Positions 22,631 to 24,000 of a stretch of 24,000 nt of DNA are shown piece by piece. The position numbers and the translations under genes were made by a program. Numbering within the stretch: the first letter of the stretch is position 1; each line of letters begins with the position of its first letter. The notes beneath the pieces were generated by a model. The model made no database searches. It was given only the letters and a program-made list of their open reading frames with translations, and was not told where the DNA came from. Source of the DNA: Streptomyces phage Limpid; the sequence record MN369754.1; one strand, given 5' to 3'.

Positions 22631-23290
22631 ATGCGCGAGTATCCGAAGATTGATAATCTGTTCAAGCGCAATCCCGAGAAGAAGTCCGAATTGCTGATTG
22701 GTCAATATACCCGTCCGGAATTCGCACTTATCAATGAGTGGGATGTTACCGAGAAGATTGATGGAACTAATGTTCAGTTGAAGTTCCATCGAGTTTTCAA
22801 TGGTAGCTTTGACTACAATGGACGTACAGAGCGAGCACAGTTTACCATTGGCCAAGAGAACTTCCTTGAAGACCTTGGCCAGGAGACTCGTGGTTATGCA
22901 GTCGCAATCATGAATTCTTTTGACCTTGACAGTCTCACGGTGTATGGTGAGCTGTATGGCCCGAAGATTCAGGCGGGCGGCAACTATTCCGAAACCCTTG
23001 GCTTCCGAGCGTTTGACATGCTGGTGAATGACAAGGTATGGTTGGCACCGGAGGATGTTCGAAAGAACGCAGCGTACATGAATCTTGAGATGGCTCCCCA
23101 TCTTGGTTTGTATACTGTGAATGACCTCTTTGCACTGGTTGCTAATGGATTCAAGTCAACGTTTTCTCTCAATGAGGATTACGATGCTGAGGGTGTAATT
23201 GCAAAGCCTCTGTTCAATCTGTATGACCAGAGGGGTTCACGAGTAATGTTTAAGCTCAAGACTTGTGACCTCAAGCACGTTCATAATTGA
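22631..23290 (+). CDS. RNA ligase, T4 Rnl2-like family
   Basis: EKIDGTNVQLKF (KxDGTN) motif, VYGELYGPKIQ, EGVIAKPL motifs. Confidence 0.88.
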   Translation: MREYPKIDNLFKRNPEKKSELLIGQYTRPEFALINEWDVTEKIDGTNVQLKFHRVFNGSFDYNGRTERAQFTIGQENFLEDLGQETRGYAVAIMNSFDLDSLTVYGELYGPKIQAGGNYSETLGFRAFDMLVNDKVWLAPEDVRKNAAYMNLEMAPHLGLYTVNDLFALVANGFKSTFSLNEDYDAEGVIAKPLFNLYDQRGSRVMFKLKTCDLKHVHN

Positions 23291-23296
23291 ATGTGT

Positions 23297-23316
23297 GGCC
23301 CTTAGGGGCCAAGCTT
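23297..23316 (+). promoter_or_regulatory. hairpin-AAGCTT module
   Basis: GGCCC-TTAG-GGGCC then AAGCTT. Confidence 0.85.
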
Positions 23317-23341
23317 CCACTTAATCAAACAAGGAGAAACT

Positions 23342-24000
23342 ATGATTACCGAGCGCACGGCTGCAATTATCTCTGCTTACACCGGAATTACCTTTGGTGA
23401 CTTCGGAAACACTCGGGATTACATTGAGGAATTGATGGAGAAGGACCCCGATGTTAATCCTTTTGCAGGTGATGACTCTGTGGCTAACGCTTCTAAGAGT
23501 GATTTCATTGCTATCAAGGTTGACGATAACGACCCTACAGCAATGACTGAGCGAGAGGCTGCAATCGTTACGGCGTTCACGGGTATCGCGCTTGGCAATT
23601 TTGGTGCGGCCCATCTTTACATGGAAGAGGTCATGGGTCATCCGATTTGGACTCACGAGCTTGCTTCCCCTCTCATGTGGAAGGCCATTAAGGAAAAGTC
23701 TAAGGCTGACTTTATTGCCCTGAGTGAGAGTGTTGGCAATGAGCCTGCCAAGCCGGTGAATTACGTTCAGACCGTTTTGAACAAGGTTGGTGAGAATCTG
23801 CCGGGTCTGCCCGATGAGCTTCTTGACCTTTACACCCTGCTTGCCATGGTGAAGGGTGAGGATGTTACTCTGAAGGATGTTCATGACGCTTGGGCTGTCT
23901 GGAAGAATCGTATTCGTGCTGACCACAAGTCGCTCGTTCCCTTTGAGGCTCTTGAGTTCCATGTGCAGGAGCTTGACCGCAAGTACGCTGAGGGAATTGC
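23342..24000 (+). CDS. hypothetical protein with internal repeat, runs off window end
   Basis: ATG23342 after AAGGAGAAACT; open to window end; starts MITERTAAIISAYTGITFGDFGN; not in the ORF track, probably because it has no stop in the window. Confidence 0.8.
   Translation, partial: MITERTAAIISAYTGITFGDFGNTRDYIEELMEKDPDVNPFAGDDSVANASKSDFIAIKVDDNDPTAMTEREAAIVTAFTGIALGNFGAAHLYMEEVMGHPIWTHELASPLMWKAIKEKSKADFIALSESVGNEPAKPVNYVQTVLNKVGENLPGLPDELLDLYTLLAMVKGEDVTLKDVHDAWAVWKNRIRADHKSLVPFEALEFHVQELDRKYAEGI

Noticed and set aside
1-24000. CRISPR array, transposase, integrase or toxin-antitoxin pair
   Set aside because: No regularly spaced direct repeats were seen, and no recognisable transposase/integrase motifs or toxin-antitoxin gene pair in any frame examined.

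Overview
This window looks like a dense, tRNA-rich accessory segment of a large actinobacteriophage genome. All supported genes are on the + strand, spacing is tight or overlapping, and a WhiB-type regulator points to an actinobacterial host; the exact phage group is not determinable here. Recognisable proteins are a T4 Rnl1-like RNA ligase, a T4 Pnkp-like kinase/phosphatase, a canonical Sir2, a macro-domain protein, rIIA- and rIIB-like proteins, a metallophosphoesterase, WhiB, a thioredoxin-like protein, a NADAR (YbiA-like) protein and a second, Rnl2-like RNA ligase. Eleven tRNAs fold by eye: Ser-GCT, Leu-TAG, Val-TAC, Leu-CAA, Lys-TTT, Ile-TAT, Glu-CTC, Glu-TTC, Gly-GCC, Gly-TCC and Gln-TTG. 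The most notable signals are: (1) an intergenic module seen at least 17 times, in which a short, sequence-variable but base-paired GC hairpin is followed directly by AAGCT(T); (2) four or more structured, often pseudoknot-capable RNA segments of about 90-160 nt beside tRNAs or under their own promoter; (3) an RNA-repair plus NAD/ADP-ribose gene set that could be a counter-defence programme; (4) sigma-A-like promoters whose -35 lies in an inverted repeat or terminator loop; (5) candidate leaderless starts, including a 9-codon upstream ORF; (6) a tRNA-Ile(UAU), rare in bacteria. All calls come from reading the sequence; no database search or folding program was run.
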